A stretch of 64,000 nt of DNA, taken from Bdellovibrionales bacterium (GTDB lineage: Bacteria > Bdellovibrionota > Bdellovibrionia > Bdellovibrionales > UBA1609). The position numbers were made by a program, and so were the translations under genes. The notes beneath the pieces are model-generated. The model had not been told where the DNA came from. It was given only the letters and a program-made list of their open reading frames with translations, and did not search any database. Below, piece after piece: positions 10,201 to 20,675 of this stretch (position 1 is its first letter; every line of letters starts with the position of its first letter). The DNA lies in assembly GCA_043764155.1 (NCBI GenBank), contig JAYUKW010000012.1:72520-136519 (forward strand). Reading direction: 5' to 3'.

Positions 10201-10762
10201 CTATGATTTAGAACTTCGTGGAGCAGGAAATTTACTTGGTGAAAATCAGTCAGGTCATGTGAACGTTGTGGGATATGATCTTTACATGGATCTGTTGCAA
10301 CAAGCGATCTCTGAAGCTCAAGGCAAAGACGCGACCATTGAAATTGATCCTGAAATTAATATTCCACTGCCTGCTTTAATTCCAAGCGAATATATTCAAG
10401 ATATTCGTTTACGTCTGTCTTATTATAAAATTCTATCTAACATCAAGGATCCTGACGACATTGATAAGATTGATCAAGATTTAACAGATCAGTTTGGCAA
10501 GCCCCCGATGGAAGTCATCAATCTGTTTACGATGATGTTAGTCAAACGAATTTGTAAAGATAAGGGAATAAAAGAAGTTAAAAGTGGACCTAAGACACTC
10601 AGTCTTACTTTTGATCCTCAAACTAAAATATCCGTCGACCGAATTTTAAAACTCACTCAACTTGAAAACAAAAAATACAAATTACTTCCTGGTGATCGAC
10701 TTGTAATCCGCATGAATGAAATCACATGGCCAAATATCTATGATGAGATCATGTTTCTATAA
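7259..10762 (+). CDS. mfd: Transcription-repair coupling factor Mfd
   Basis: 1167 aa with a UvrB-homology N-terminus, a CarD/RID-like segment (RFGELKPEDLVIHIQHGLGKF), a superfamily-2 helicase Walker A (GDVGFGKTEVAMRAAF), a DEEQ box and a TRG region. The start may be GTG 7259 or ATG 7268. Confidence 0.95.
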   Translation: MVDMVISYFETLVRQGINKKLKDLYVEGTGSYYPFLFSVTLNSSELVKKYKHLLIVNDDKEAQEVISFLKLHSVPFYNLPDFEVSPYSGLSPSQNISPQRLQFLNAIQTKETGLFIASLTSLSQKTLPLDYLKENTYQFKVGHDFPEPSDEFLNLLGYKNVSLVEDFGHYSLKGGILDIFSPAHEHPVRIELFGDQIQSLRFFDVENQRSLNQELLSFILLPAKECFSSQENLKDVYGYLNTITKNRKINKDELELINHSLRNHRDFVGQEFLLSGFWPKLSLPKDYIKSPLLVWIKNKELLVNNWYANIESYNLDFQNDEDLIIRPDLSDLYSLKFDDFFPDAQTIHLDEVLLKDITDVEKALDDNQDSQENLITYSTSNLRDFLGHCESLRTDFVEFKNFLKTQILNWKAQEDKFVISAVQDFNFQRSIQILKSMELNYKEIQNFEDLSNDSDIDVYILRKDILQSVRLRDESLVLLKYKDLFGRSVKNKSNSKKQDYFNKIDSIRFGELKPEDLVIHIQHGLGKFMGLKTLDVQGVPAEFIEIHYKGKDKLFLPVHRINQIKIYGGPSHENLIDKLGGSTFEKAKVKVKNHLRDIANDLLKIYADRATAERPAYNINQQDLFSFENEFTFEETEDQLKAIEQIHQDLTSLKPMDRLICGDVGFGKTEVAMRAAFQVLNSGRQVAVLAPTTVLAFQHLNSFLKRFEDWGFNIKGLNRFIPAAQIKNTIKELKEGKVDLVVGTHRVLSQDIQFKDLGLLICDEEQKFGVRHKEKIRKLRSQVDTLTLSATPIPRTLNMSLLGLRDLSLITTAPIDRQPIRTFITKFNSDIIKKAVYAEIKRGGQVFFVHNRVQSIYGLHDQLKNLFPDLRIAVGHGQMEEKDLEKVIMGFINKETDILLSTTIIESGVDIGNANTMFIDNAHQFGLSQLYQLRGRVGRSKNKAYCYLIIPKGKQLDKESLERLKILQENTTLGSGLRIAHYDLELRGAGNLLGENQSGHVNVVGYDLYMDLLQQAISEAQGKDATIEIDPEINIPLPALIPSEYIQDIRLRLSYYKILSNIKDPDDIDKIDQDLTDQFGKPPMEVINLFTMMLVKRICKDKGIKEVKSGPKTLSLTFDPQTKISVDRILKLTQLENKKYKLLPGDRLVIRMNEITWPNIYDEIMFL

Positions 10763-10771
10763 TGCGCCAGG

Positions 10772-10816
10772 TTCTTTTTGCGAATTCTAGATTAAATTTG
10801 GAATTCGCAAAAAGAA
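10772..10816. repeat. Perfect 16-bp inverted repeat (hairpin) between the convergent mfd and beta-barrel genes. It is a possible bidirectional terminator.
   Basis: TTCTTTTTGCGAATTC (10772-10787) and GAATTCGCAAAAAGAA (10801-10816) are exact reverse complements around a 13-nt loop. No U-tract follows the 3' arm in either orientation, so it is not a canonical intrinsic terminator. Confidence 0.6.
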
Positions 10817-10831
10817 ATTTAGATCCTTAAA

Positions 10832-11578
10832 TTAAAAGACTAACTGCAGTCCGATCTTTGTGTTGGATTGTTTTATGTCGGGTAGGCCGTCGACGTTGCT
10901 GGCGGGAATACCAGAAAAATTTTCGAATTCAATAACAAGAAATGTAGCGTCTAATCCGTAGTTAAAATAAGCGTCCATGGCTAAAGTCTTTTGAAACCAA
11001 TCCAGCGCTATCATCCCACCAAAGGCATAGAAGATAGATATGTCTGAATTGATTTTAGCAATGTCTGATGTATTTGGATTTGTAAATGACATTTGGCTGG
11101 CCCCAATTTTAAAGTAGGGCACAAAGTATGGGTTTTTAAAAAGATTGTCAGCAATGACATGAATACTGCCTTTAGGCTGAAGCAAAGACACATCGCCTTT
11201 ATATTTTGAATTTAATAATCCAAGATCTAACCCAGCAGATAAAACCCCAATGTTATAACTTAAAGAGACCGCCGCTTCAAAACCGGTTCCATCGGACTTT
11301 AGGCTAGAGGCGAGTTGTGTTGTCGATAAAGCATAATCACTTAAATCTGACTTAACACCAAAAAATGTGAACCTAAAGTTCCATAATTGTCTTCTGTCTC
11401 TATAATCTAAAAATTTAATTTTTTTATCTTTGCTGTCTTTATCAATAGTAAATGGCATTTGCTCGACTTCAACCCAGTTTTCATCTGCATAAGCGTAATT
11501 CTGATCCAAGGACCAGAATATAAATATCGATAAAATAACGATAATAAACTTAATGAAGCGGAACTCTCTTAAACGCAA
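10832..11578 (-). CDS. Hypothetical small outer-membrane beta-barrel-like protein
   Basis: The ORF ends in LQLVF (C-terminal aromatic) and has alternating hydrophobic strands. A signal peptide (RLREFRFIKFIIVILSIFIFWSLDQNYAYA) fits a TTG start at 11578. The track ATG at 11632 would add 18 residues and overlap the divergent gene more deeply. No family was recognised. Confidence 0.5.
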   Translation of the reverse strand: MRLREFRFIKFIIVILSIFIFWSLDQNYAYADENWVEVEQMPFTIDKDSKDKKIKFLDYRDRRQLWNFRFTFFGVKSDLSDYALSTTQLASSLKSDGTGFEAAVSLSYNIGVLSAGLDLGLLNSKYKGDVSLLQPKGSIHVIADNLFKNPYFVPYFKIGASQMSFTNPNTSDIAKINSDISIFYAFGGMIALDWFQKTLAMDAYFNYGLDATFLVIEFENFSGIPASNVDGLPDIKQSNTKIGLQLVF

Positions 11579-13277
11579 ATTTTTATTAATTAAAATTAGA
11601 CTCTTAACTGAAGCCGCAGCTGATTTATACATTACTAAATTATATAAGAGTCTTCTGTTATTACAATTTTTTATTTTTGTAGGACTAGCAGCTCAGGCCG
11701 AGGATTCAATATTAGATTCAGCTTTAAATACAACTTTAAGCCCAACTGCAGCACTAAATACAAATTTAAACGAAGTAGATCAAATCATTCATAGAATGAC
11801 TCTAGAAGAAAAAATAGGACAATTGTTTGTTCTGGGATTTAAAGAGCAAGAATTTACTCCTTCACTAGAGCAATTCCTAAGAACATATAAACCTGGTGGG
11901 CTTATCTTTTTTTCTAGAAATGGAAGGTCTCCTGAAAAAGTTCTTAAGCTCATTCAAGATATTAAGGACTTTTACAAAAAAATAAATAAAATCGAACCCT
12001 TCTTTGTTGTAGATCACGAAGGTGGCGAAGTGGTCCGCGTTGGTCCACCCCATTTTTTTCCAAGCGCCTTGAGTTTAGGTCAAACCAAAGACCAATCGAT
12101 TGCTTACGAACTTGGAAAATGGACAGGACGTTATTTAAAAAATTTAGGATTTGATATTAATTTAGCACCTGTTGTGGATTTAAGATCAGAGACTGCATTA
12201 AATTTTATTGGCGATAGATCTTATAGCTCGTCGCCTGATGATGTGGTTCGCATGGTAGGACCTTATATTTCAGGCGCTCGTGCATCAGGGGTGCTTTCTG
12301 TACTAAAACACTTTCCTGGACATGGCCGTTTAGAAGAAGACACTCATTTCGAAGTGGTAAGAAAAATTTCAAATGTGACTGAACTAAATCAAAAAGACTT
12401 ACTTCCTTTCAGAAAATTAATTAAACAGCACCCAAGTACAGCTGTGATGACATCCCATTTATCCGTGCCCGCTCTTGATCCTTCCGGTGAACTAACAACA
12501 TTTTCTAAACCGATCGTATCTAAACTGTCCAACGAGTATCAACACGAAGGTCTTGTTTTATCGGATGATTTCGACATGTTATTTTTTAAAAACAAGAATT
12601 TAAATGTGGGCGAAAAAGTTTTAGCCGCATTAAATGCAGGTCACGATCAACTGTTAATTGTTTGGTCTAAATTAAACCAAATGAAAGCTCAAAAGTTTTT
12701 AAAACAAAAAATGGAAGATAATGCGATTGATCCAGATCTAATTGAGTCAAAACTTAGAAAAGTCATCGCAACAAAACTTAGACTTAAAGATGATCGAAGA
12801 CTTAATTACGAAAAAGTAAAAAAGAGTTTGGCAAAAATCTACAGTCTTCAAGAGCAAATTAGTTTTATTCATTTCAACAAACTACCAAAAAATCTAATCC
12901 AAGAGATTTCAACGGAGATTGATTCAAAAAAAACAGTTTATCTATTTTCATATTCTTATTTGTTCTTTAAAAATTTTAAAGATAACTTTTCAAAAGGTGG
13001 CTTTATTCCACTTGGACAAGAGCAATGGTCACAGGCTTTAAATCGTTGTAAAAAACATATTTGCTTTTTTCACGTCTCGGGTGATCAATCCGCCCTTCGC
13101 GCCAAAGAGATCCCTAAAGATCTTCAAAAATATATGATTGTAATCAATACTTCAGATCCAACAGTCACTAAAGACATTGAATCTAAAAAGTTAAATCTAT
13201 ACTCAAAAAGCAATAAATTTTGGAAGTGGTTTGCTGATGAAATTGAAAAAATTAAAGACAATTACGCAGTTAACTAA
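11553..13277 (+). CDS. Secreted glycoside hydrolase family 3 beta-N-acetylhexosaminidase (NagZ-like) with a C-terminal extension
   Basis: Motifs KIGQLFVLGF, VDHEGGEVVR, NLAPVVDL and KHFPGHG match the GH3 NagZ fold. A hydrophobic signal-like segment (LLLLQFFIFVGLAAQA) precedes them. About 200 C-terminal residues are unassigned. The start is uncertain (see findings). Confidence 0.8.
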   Translation: MKRNSLKRKFLLIKIRLLTEAAADLYITKLYKSLLLLQFFIFVGLAAQAEDSILDSALNTTLSPTAALNTNLNEVDQIIHRMTLEEKIGQLFVLGFKEQEFTPSLEQFLRTYKPGGLIFFSRNGRSPEKVLKLIQDIKDFYKKINKIEPFFVVDHEGGEVVRVGPPHFFPSALSLGQTKDQSIAYELGKWTGRYLKNLGFDINLAPVVDLRSETALNFIGDRSYSSSPDDVVRMVGPYISGARASGVLSVLKHFPGHGRLEEDTHFEVVRKISNVTELNQKDLLPFRKLIKQHPSTAVMTSHLSVPALDPSGELTTFSKPIVSKLSNEYQHEGLVLSDDFDMLFFKNKNLNVGEKVLAALNAGHDQLLIVWSKLNQMKAQKFLKQKMEDNAIDPDLIESKLRKVIATKLRLKDDRRLNYEKVKKSLAKIYSLQEQISFIHFNKLPKNLIQEISTEIDSKKTVYLFSYSYLFFKNFKDNFSKGGFIPLGQEQWSQALNRCKKHICFFHVSGDQSALRAKEIPKDLQKYMIVINTSDPTVTKDIESKKLNLYSKSNKFWKWFADEIEKIKDNYAVN

Positions 13278-13318
13278 TCTGCGGATACTAAGATTATCGT
13301 TGAATTAACAACCGCCAA

Positions 13319-14188
13319 TTAATCCACTAAAATTTTAACCGCTAGTTTTTTAAAGAACTCTTTATTCCAAATAGAAAGCTCCCTTTGATCTTTGATGAAG
13401 GGGGATACATCTTGAATGGCATTTGAAAAATCGACGGTCTCGATTCTATTAATATATATTTTTAGTAAATCTTCTCTGGTTAGTTTTTTTTCATTAGGCC
13501 AATCGCCAGACATTTTCATTTTTTCTTCCAAATAACTTAAATTCACCGGAATATTGCGGCTAATATAATAAATAAAGTCATAAAAATCTCTTCCTTTTAT
13601 TCTTGTCTTCCAGTTTCTGTATAACAAGGCATGCATTTTTCCAGCAAAAAGACTTGAAAGCTTTAGGACTCCAACCACAAAAGGCGAGGGTCTTAAAAGT
13701 GGCAACAGTTCATTTTCATAAGATAATGCAGGGTTAATATCGATTTCAAATTTAATTTTAAGAGCTTCATTATTTTGAATTCGATCTGTAATTGCAGTAT
13801 TAACTTTAATTTTTAGCAAATGTATTTTTGTATCAACTTTTAAAAACGCAGATTCAATTGTGCTATCTAAGTTTGATTTTATAACATCATCAATTTTAAC
13901 ATTAAATCCATAGGCATTAAGCTCTGTCTCTATGTATTTAAAATATGGCCTTAGTTTAAAGTTTTCATTTGATTTTTTTAAAGTGAAATCTAGATCTTCA
14001 GAAAACCGCTGTAAGTTATGAAAAATTCTTAAAGCTGTTCCCCCGTAAAAATCAGCATCCTCAAAGAATCCCCCTCTAGAAAGTCCTAACAGCGATAAAT
14101 GTTGAATGATTTCTTTTAAAGCCTGTTCATAATCCTTTCGATCAACACACTTATAATCTTCAAGCCAAGTCTGAATCACAGTATTCAT
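13319..14188 (-). CDS. AbiEii/AbiGii-family nucleotidyltransferase toxin (type IV TA/abortive infection)
   Basis: 289 aa. FYGGTALRIFHNLQRFSEDLDFTL carries the GGTAL and S-x-DLD nucleotidyltransferase motifs of the DUF1814/AbiEii family. It has a 4-nt ATGA overlap with the upstream partner. Confidence 0.8.
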   Translation of the reverse strand: MNTVIQTWLEDYKCVDRKDYEQALKEIIQHLSLLGLSRGGFFEDADFYGGTALRIFHNLQRFSEDLDFTLKKSNENFKLRPYFKYIETELNAYGFNVKIDDVIKSNLDSTIESAFLKVDTKIHLLKIKVNTAITDRIQNNEALKIKFEIDINPALSYENELLPLLRPSPFVVGVLKLSSLFAGKMHALLYRNWKTRIKGRDFYDFIYYISRNIPVNLSYLEEKMKMSGDWPNEKKLTREDLLKIYINRIETVDFSNAIQDVSPFIKDQRELSIWNKEFFKKLAVKILVD

Positions 14189-14862
14189 TTAAATCCTCCA
14201 AATTTATAGATATAATCTAAAATCTGATTGACGCTACTTACACGTTTATAGATCTTTTTTGCAGTTATAAGTTCTTCAAAAGATATTTTTTTACATAAAG
14301 ATAACGTGTCAATTCTATAGTTAGATTCAAAAAATGCTATTTTATCTTGTTCTGATAAGATTTCTTTTTTTTCTAAACGAAAATAAACTAAATCAACAAC
14401 TGCCTTTAAAGGCGTTGCCAGAAGAAATGAATTTCGATGAATTTTTTCTTCTAAAAAACCAAATGAGTATTTTTCCAAAGGCAAATGCTGATATTCAAAA
14501 ATACCTGCTGAAGTTTTAATATTCATTTTTCTACCAATAGTAACAGATGTAACATTTGGTACCATTTCAGGAATTAGACCATAATAAGCTAGGGCCCATT
14601 CTGATGAAATGTATGACGGCCCATGAAGCAGTTGAGCCAGTATTTCTTCTGAGGGCTTAATGCTTTCAATAAGTTCTGAATTAAGTCGATAAACACCTCT
14701 TTTAACCTTAAGAAGTTCACCTGACTTAACAAGATCAAAGATTTTTTTATTGGGACTGGCGAACCCTTTTAAGGCCTTTTCAGCCTCGAAATGTATCATT
14801 TCAAGACGGCCTAGCTTTTTAGCCAAGCTTACTATATTAGATTTAACAGCATTTTTTGACAT
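14185..14862 (-). CDS. AbiEi-family antitoxin/transcriptional regulator
   Basis: 225 aa. The N-terminal winged-helix-like segment ends in LLKVKRGVYRL, which is characteristic of AbiEi. It lies directly upstream of, and is translationally coupled to, the AbiEii-like gene. Confidence 0.72.
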   Translation of the reverse strand: MSKNAVKSNIVSLAKKLGRLEMIHFEAEKALKGFASPNKKIFDLVKSGELLKVKRGVYRLNSELIESIKPSEEILAQLLHGPSYISSEWALAYYGLIPEMVPNVTSVTIGRKMNIKTSAGIFEYQHLPLEKYSFGFLEEKIHRNSFLLATPLKAVVDLVYFRLEKKEILSEQDKIAFFESNYRIDTLSLCKKISFEELITAKKIYKRVSSVNQILDYIYKFGGFK

Positions 14863-14863
14863 A

Positions 14864-14904
14864 TTAATTACTAATATTGTAATTAAGTAGCTATAATTTG
14901 TAAA
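14864..14904 (-). promoter_or_regulatory. Putative sigma70-type promoter and palindromic operator of the abiEi-abiEii operon
   Basis: On the minus strand, TTTACA (14904-14899) is followed by 17 nt and then TACAAT (14881-14876). An 8-bp inverted repeat TTAATTAC-N7-GTAATTAA (14864-14871 / 14879-14886) overlaps the -10. The start codon is only about 14 nt downstream of the -10 and has no Shine-Dalgarno, so the mRNA would be near-leaderless. Confidence 0.4.
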
Positions 14905-15223
14905 GACATTGTTTCCATGTGTTTTGATTTTGTAACTGAAATATATAATGATTATCAGTTAGCTAACAGTTTATGCCTGAAACATGGGTAACACCTCTGA
15001 ATATAGAGAGCACTACAGAAGTAAGGTTCTTGTTAAGTTCTAAAAGGCTTTTATACTCTAATTTTGAAACATAGGGTTTTCTGAGGGCCATTTTTTGTCA
15101 ATTAAAACTGCACCTTAAACAGTTTTAATGTGCTTAAATGTGAAATACTTCATTATTAGCATTAGCTAAGTGAGCATAAGTCTTGCAAATCATGGATTAT
15201 CTTAACCTATAAGGAGCATAGTT

Positions 15224-15661
15224 ATGAAAAGTCTTTTTTTTATATTAACGATATTACCATTTTCTGTTTTTGCGGACGATATGAATCCTGAGTTTGCGTG
15301 TAAAGTAGGGGTTGATAGTATTACAAACTCTAAATATGAAAGGCTAGAATATCCGTTAGGAAAAATTGGATACGACAAAAACATACAAAACAGTGGTCAA
15401 GTGTCTAACAATTTTTTACTTGGATCATCAGCAATAAAAGTGAGCATTCAAGGCACAAATACAAGTTCGTGGCGATCAAGCGAAGCATTATTTATGATAA
15501 GCTATTTTATTCAAAAAAACGGAATAGAGGTTTATAATTCATCTTCCAGTTATGTGTTAGGGGACGTTCCTCACAGACTTATTATTCAACCATTTTCTTG
15601 GAAAATCCAGGAAGGCTCAATAACTTTTCAACAAATTGCAATTGAGTGTGATAGAATATAA
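15224..15661 (+). CDS. Hypothetical small secreted protein (orphan)
   Basis: 145 aa. AAGGAG lies 7 nt before the ATG. It has a signal peptide (MKSLFFILTILPFSVFA), two Cys near the termini, and no motif I recognise. Confidence 0.5.
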   Translation: MKSLFFILTILPFSVFADDMNPEFACKVGVDSITNSKYERLEYPLGKIGYDKNIQNSGQVSNNFLLGSSAIKVSIQGTNTSSWRSSEALFMISYFIQKNGIEVYNSSSSYVLGDVPHRLIIQPFSWKIQEGSITFQQIAIECDRI

Positions 15662-15821
15662 TAGTATTCAAGTACATGCTGATACTCAAACCCCTTGTCA
15701 TTGATCAAACAATTTTTAGTTTTAATAAGCTTTACTGAACACAGCAAAACTTATTTCTTGTTTCAAAGACGCACGATTTGGCTTTCCGATTGATGTAAGC
15801 CAATCTTTTAGAATATCTTAA

Positions 15822-16217
15822 TTAATGAAGCTTTAAGCGAGCTTCGGCTTTTTTAACTTTATTCTGATGCTCTTCAATAACTTCTAAATTATCGGTGATT
15901 TTTAAAATCTGAAGAGATTCATCTAGTGATTTTTGTGCTCTAGGAATATTTAATTCTTTTTTACTTTCAGTTGTTTCTGCTAAAACAGAAATAACGTTAG
16001 CGTTAATTTCAAAGTAACCCCAACCGATAACAAGCTCAGTGGCTTTACCTGAAGCCGCATCGGTGAAGCTCATGATTCCTGTTTCAAGGGTAGAAACTAA
16101 AGGTTCATGGTGATCCAACAAAGTCAGTTCACCTTTATAAGCAGGTAGTGTGATTGAACTGACTTCAAGGTCAGTCACAATTTTTTTAAGTGGAGTTACA
16201 ATCGATAATTTCAACAT
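15822..16217 (-). CDS. atpC: F1 ATP synthase subunit epsilon
   Basis: 131 aa with an N-terminal beta-sandwich pattern (LSIVTPLKKIV...) and a C-terminal helical hairpin. It lies downstream of atpD. Confidence 0.9.
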   Translation of the reverse strand: MLKLSIVTPLKKIVTDLEVSSITLPAYKGELTLLDHHEPLVSTLETGIMSFTDAASGKATELVIGWGYFEINANVISVLAETTESKKELNIPRAQKSLDESLQILKITDNLEVIEEHQNKVKKAEARLKLH

Positions 16218-16248
16218 ATGTGAATCAACCTTTATTTTTTAAATTAGA

Positions 16249-18574
<2,326 letters not shown>

Positions 18575-18612
18575 AAATCACCTGTGTCTAAATGTTGATA
18601 TTTAATGTTAAG

Positions 18613-20130
18613 CTAAGCCGGCGTGCCAAGAAAAATAGTATTGAACTCTTTGATGGCCTCAATTAATTTTTCTTTCACTGTGTCTGAAATCTTCTTTTCT
18701 TTAGAAATTGATCCCGTAATATCCGAATACTTTTGACCAATAAATTGAATAAACTCGGATTCATAACGTGGAACATCTGAATCTAAAATCTTATCCATAT
18801 ATCCATTCGTAGCATTGAAAATCACCATGATCTGATCTTCAACTTTGTAAGGTGTATACTGAGCTTGTTTTAAGGTCTCAACTAACTTACGACCACGAGC
18901 CAACTGTCTTTGTGAAGCTGCATCTAAATCTGATGCGAAGGCCGAAAAGGCTTCTAAATCTCTGAACTGTGCAAGATCTAATTTTAAAGTTCCAGCCACT
19001 TGCTTCATCGCTTTAATTTGAGCGGCTCCACCTACACGAGATACAGATTTACCAACGTTCACAGCAGGACGAATACCTTTAAAAAATAGATCCGATTCTA
19101 AGAAGATCTGACCATCTGTGATTGAAATTACGTTTGTAGGAACATAAGCCGAAATATCCCCAGCTTGAGTTTCAATGATTGGAAGTGCGGTTAACGAGCC
19201 ACCACCAGCTTTTTCACTCATTTTTGCAGCACGTTCTAAAAGTCTTGAGTGAATATAAAATACGTCCCCAGGAAAGGCTTCACGACCAGGAGGTCGTCTT
19301 AGTAATAAAGACAACTGTCGGTAAGCTTGAGCTTGTTTAGTTAAATCATCATAAATAATTAATGCATGCTGACCATTATCTCTGAAATATTCAGCCATCG
19401 TGCATCCTGTGTAAGGCGCTAAAAACTGTAAGGGTGCTGGATCAGATGCAGAAGCGACAACAACAGTTGTGTACTTTAAGGCCCCTGATGATCTTAGTTT
19501 TTCAACCACTTGTGCGACTGTTGATTTTTTTTGTCCAATAGCTACATAAAAACATTTAACGTCTTGGTTGCCTTGATTAATAATTGTATCAATCGCGATT
19601 GCAGTCTTACCTGTCTGCCTATCACCAATAATTAATTCACGCTGACCACGTCCAATGGGAATCATAGAATCAATAGCTTTGATACCAGTCTGAAGAGGCT
19701 CATGAACTGGTTGACGAAAAATAATACCAGGGGCTTTGGTTTCAACGTTTCTAAATTCTTTGGAAACAATGGGACCTTTTCCATCAATGGGTTGACCTAA
19801 AACATCTACAACACGGCCCAATAAGCCTTCGCCAACTGGAACTTGAACAACTTTTTTTGTTCTTTTAACAGTGTCGCCTTCTTTAATTTCTCTGTCTTCG
19901 CCTAGGATCACAACACCAACGGAATCGCTTTCTAAGTTTAAAACCATACCGCTGACACCACTTGAAAATTCAACTAGCTCTCCGGCCATTGCATTTTCAA
20001 GTCCGTAAACTCTAGCCACACCGTCACCAACAGAAAGAACACTACCAGACTCACTGACTTCTACAGTTTTACCGTAATTTTTAATTTCTTCTTTAAGTAT
20101 TCGACTGATCTCGTCCGCGCGAATTTCCAT
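18613..20130 (-). CDS. atpA: F1 ATP synthase subunit alpha
   Basis: 505 aa with Walker [16 protein letters not shown] and conserved alpha-subunit blocks. Confidence 0.97.
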   Translation of the reverse strand: MEIRADEISRILKEEIKNYGKTVEVSESGSVLSVGDGVARVYGLENAMAGELVEFSSGVSGMVLNLESDSVGVVILGEDREIKEGDTVKRTKKVVQVPVGEGLLGRVVDVLGQPIDGKGPIVSKEFRNVETKAPGIIFRQPVHEPLQTGIKAIDSMIPIGRGQRELIIGDRQTGKTAIAIDTIINQGNQDVKCFYVAIGQKKSTVAQVVEKLRSSGALKYTTVVVASASDPAPLQFLAPYTGCTMAEYFRDNGQHALIIYDDLTKQAQAYRQLSLLLRRPPGREAFPGDVFYIHSRLLERAAKMSEKAGGGSLTALPIIETQAGDISAYVPTNVISITDGQIFLESDLFFKGIRPAVNVGKSVSRVGGAAQIKAMKQVAGTLKLDLAQFRDLEAFSAFASDLDAASQRQLARGRKLVETLKQAQYTPYKVEDQIMVIFNATNGYMDKILDSDVPRYESEFIQFIGQKYSDITGSISKEKKISDTVKEKLIEAIKEFNTIFLGTPA

Positions 20131-20675
20131 TAGTGTGTTCTCCTGTTAATTTGATCTTTCATTTTTTTAAAGTGTGTTTGAAATGTGTCATCAAAAGTAT
20201 GACTGCCCACTTGAGCTTTTAGTCCGCCAATCACTTTCATATCTAAAACGTAATCCAGGATGACTTTCTTTTTTAAAACACTTTCAATTTTTTCTGAGAT
20301 TGATTTTCTTTGTTGGCTGTCTAATTCATGAGACGACTTCACTGTTCCGCGAACAAGTCCGTTCACTTCATCATTTAAATCTTGATAAGCTAAAACTATT
20401 TTTGAATAAAAACTTATTTTATTTCTTTCGATTAAAAGCTTAATCATACTTACAACATCTTCTGACAAACCTACTTTAGTCATGGCTTTAGATACTATTT
20501 GAACTTTATTTAATGAGGTGATTTCTACGGACTTAAAAAAGTTAACTATAGATACATTTTCAATAAATATTTTTTCTACGGTTCTTAATTCATTTAAATA
20601 CGATGTTTGATGTTTGATATCACCAGCAACTTCAAAAAGAGCTTTTGCATACTGTTTTACGAAGTCTTTACTCAT
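20130..20675 (-). CDS. atpH: F1 ATP synthase subunit delta (OSCP)
   Basis: 181 aa with an N-terminal YAKALFEVA motif. It lies between atpF and atpA with 1-nt and 4-nt overlaps. Confidence 0.85.
   Translation of the reverse strand: MSKDFVKQYAKALFEVAGDIKHQTSYLNELRTVEKIFIENVSIVNFFKSVEITSLNKVQIVSKAMTKVGLSEDVVSMIKLLIERNKISFYSKIVLAYQDLNDEVNGLVRGTVKSSHELDSQQRKSISEKIESVLKKKVILDYVLDMKVIGGLKAQVGSHTFDDTFQTHFKKMKDQINRRTH

Noticed and set aside
14973-15074. 33-codon ATG ORF (MPETWVTPLNIESTTEVRFLLSSKRLLYSNFET) in the non-coding stretch of the AbiE islet.
   Set aside because: It has no RBS and no recognisable motif. An ORF of this length is expected by chance. It is mentioned only as a possible pseudogene remnant to test by tblastx.
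15777-15802. Possible hairpin TTGGCTT-N12-AAGCCAA downstream of atpC.
   Set aside because: It has a 7-bp stem with a large loop and no U-tract in the atpC transcript orientation, so it is not convincing as a terminator.
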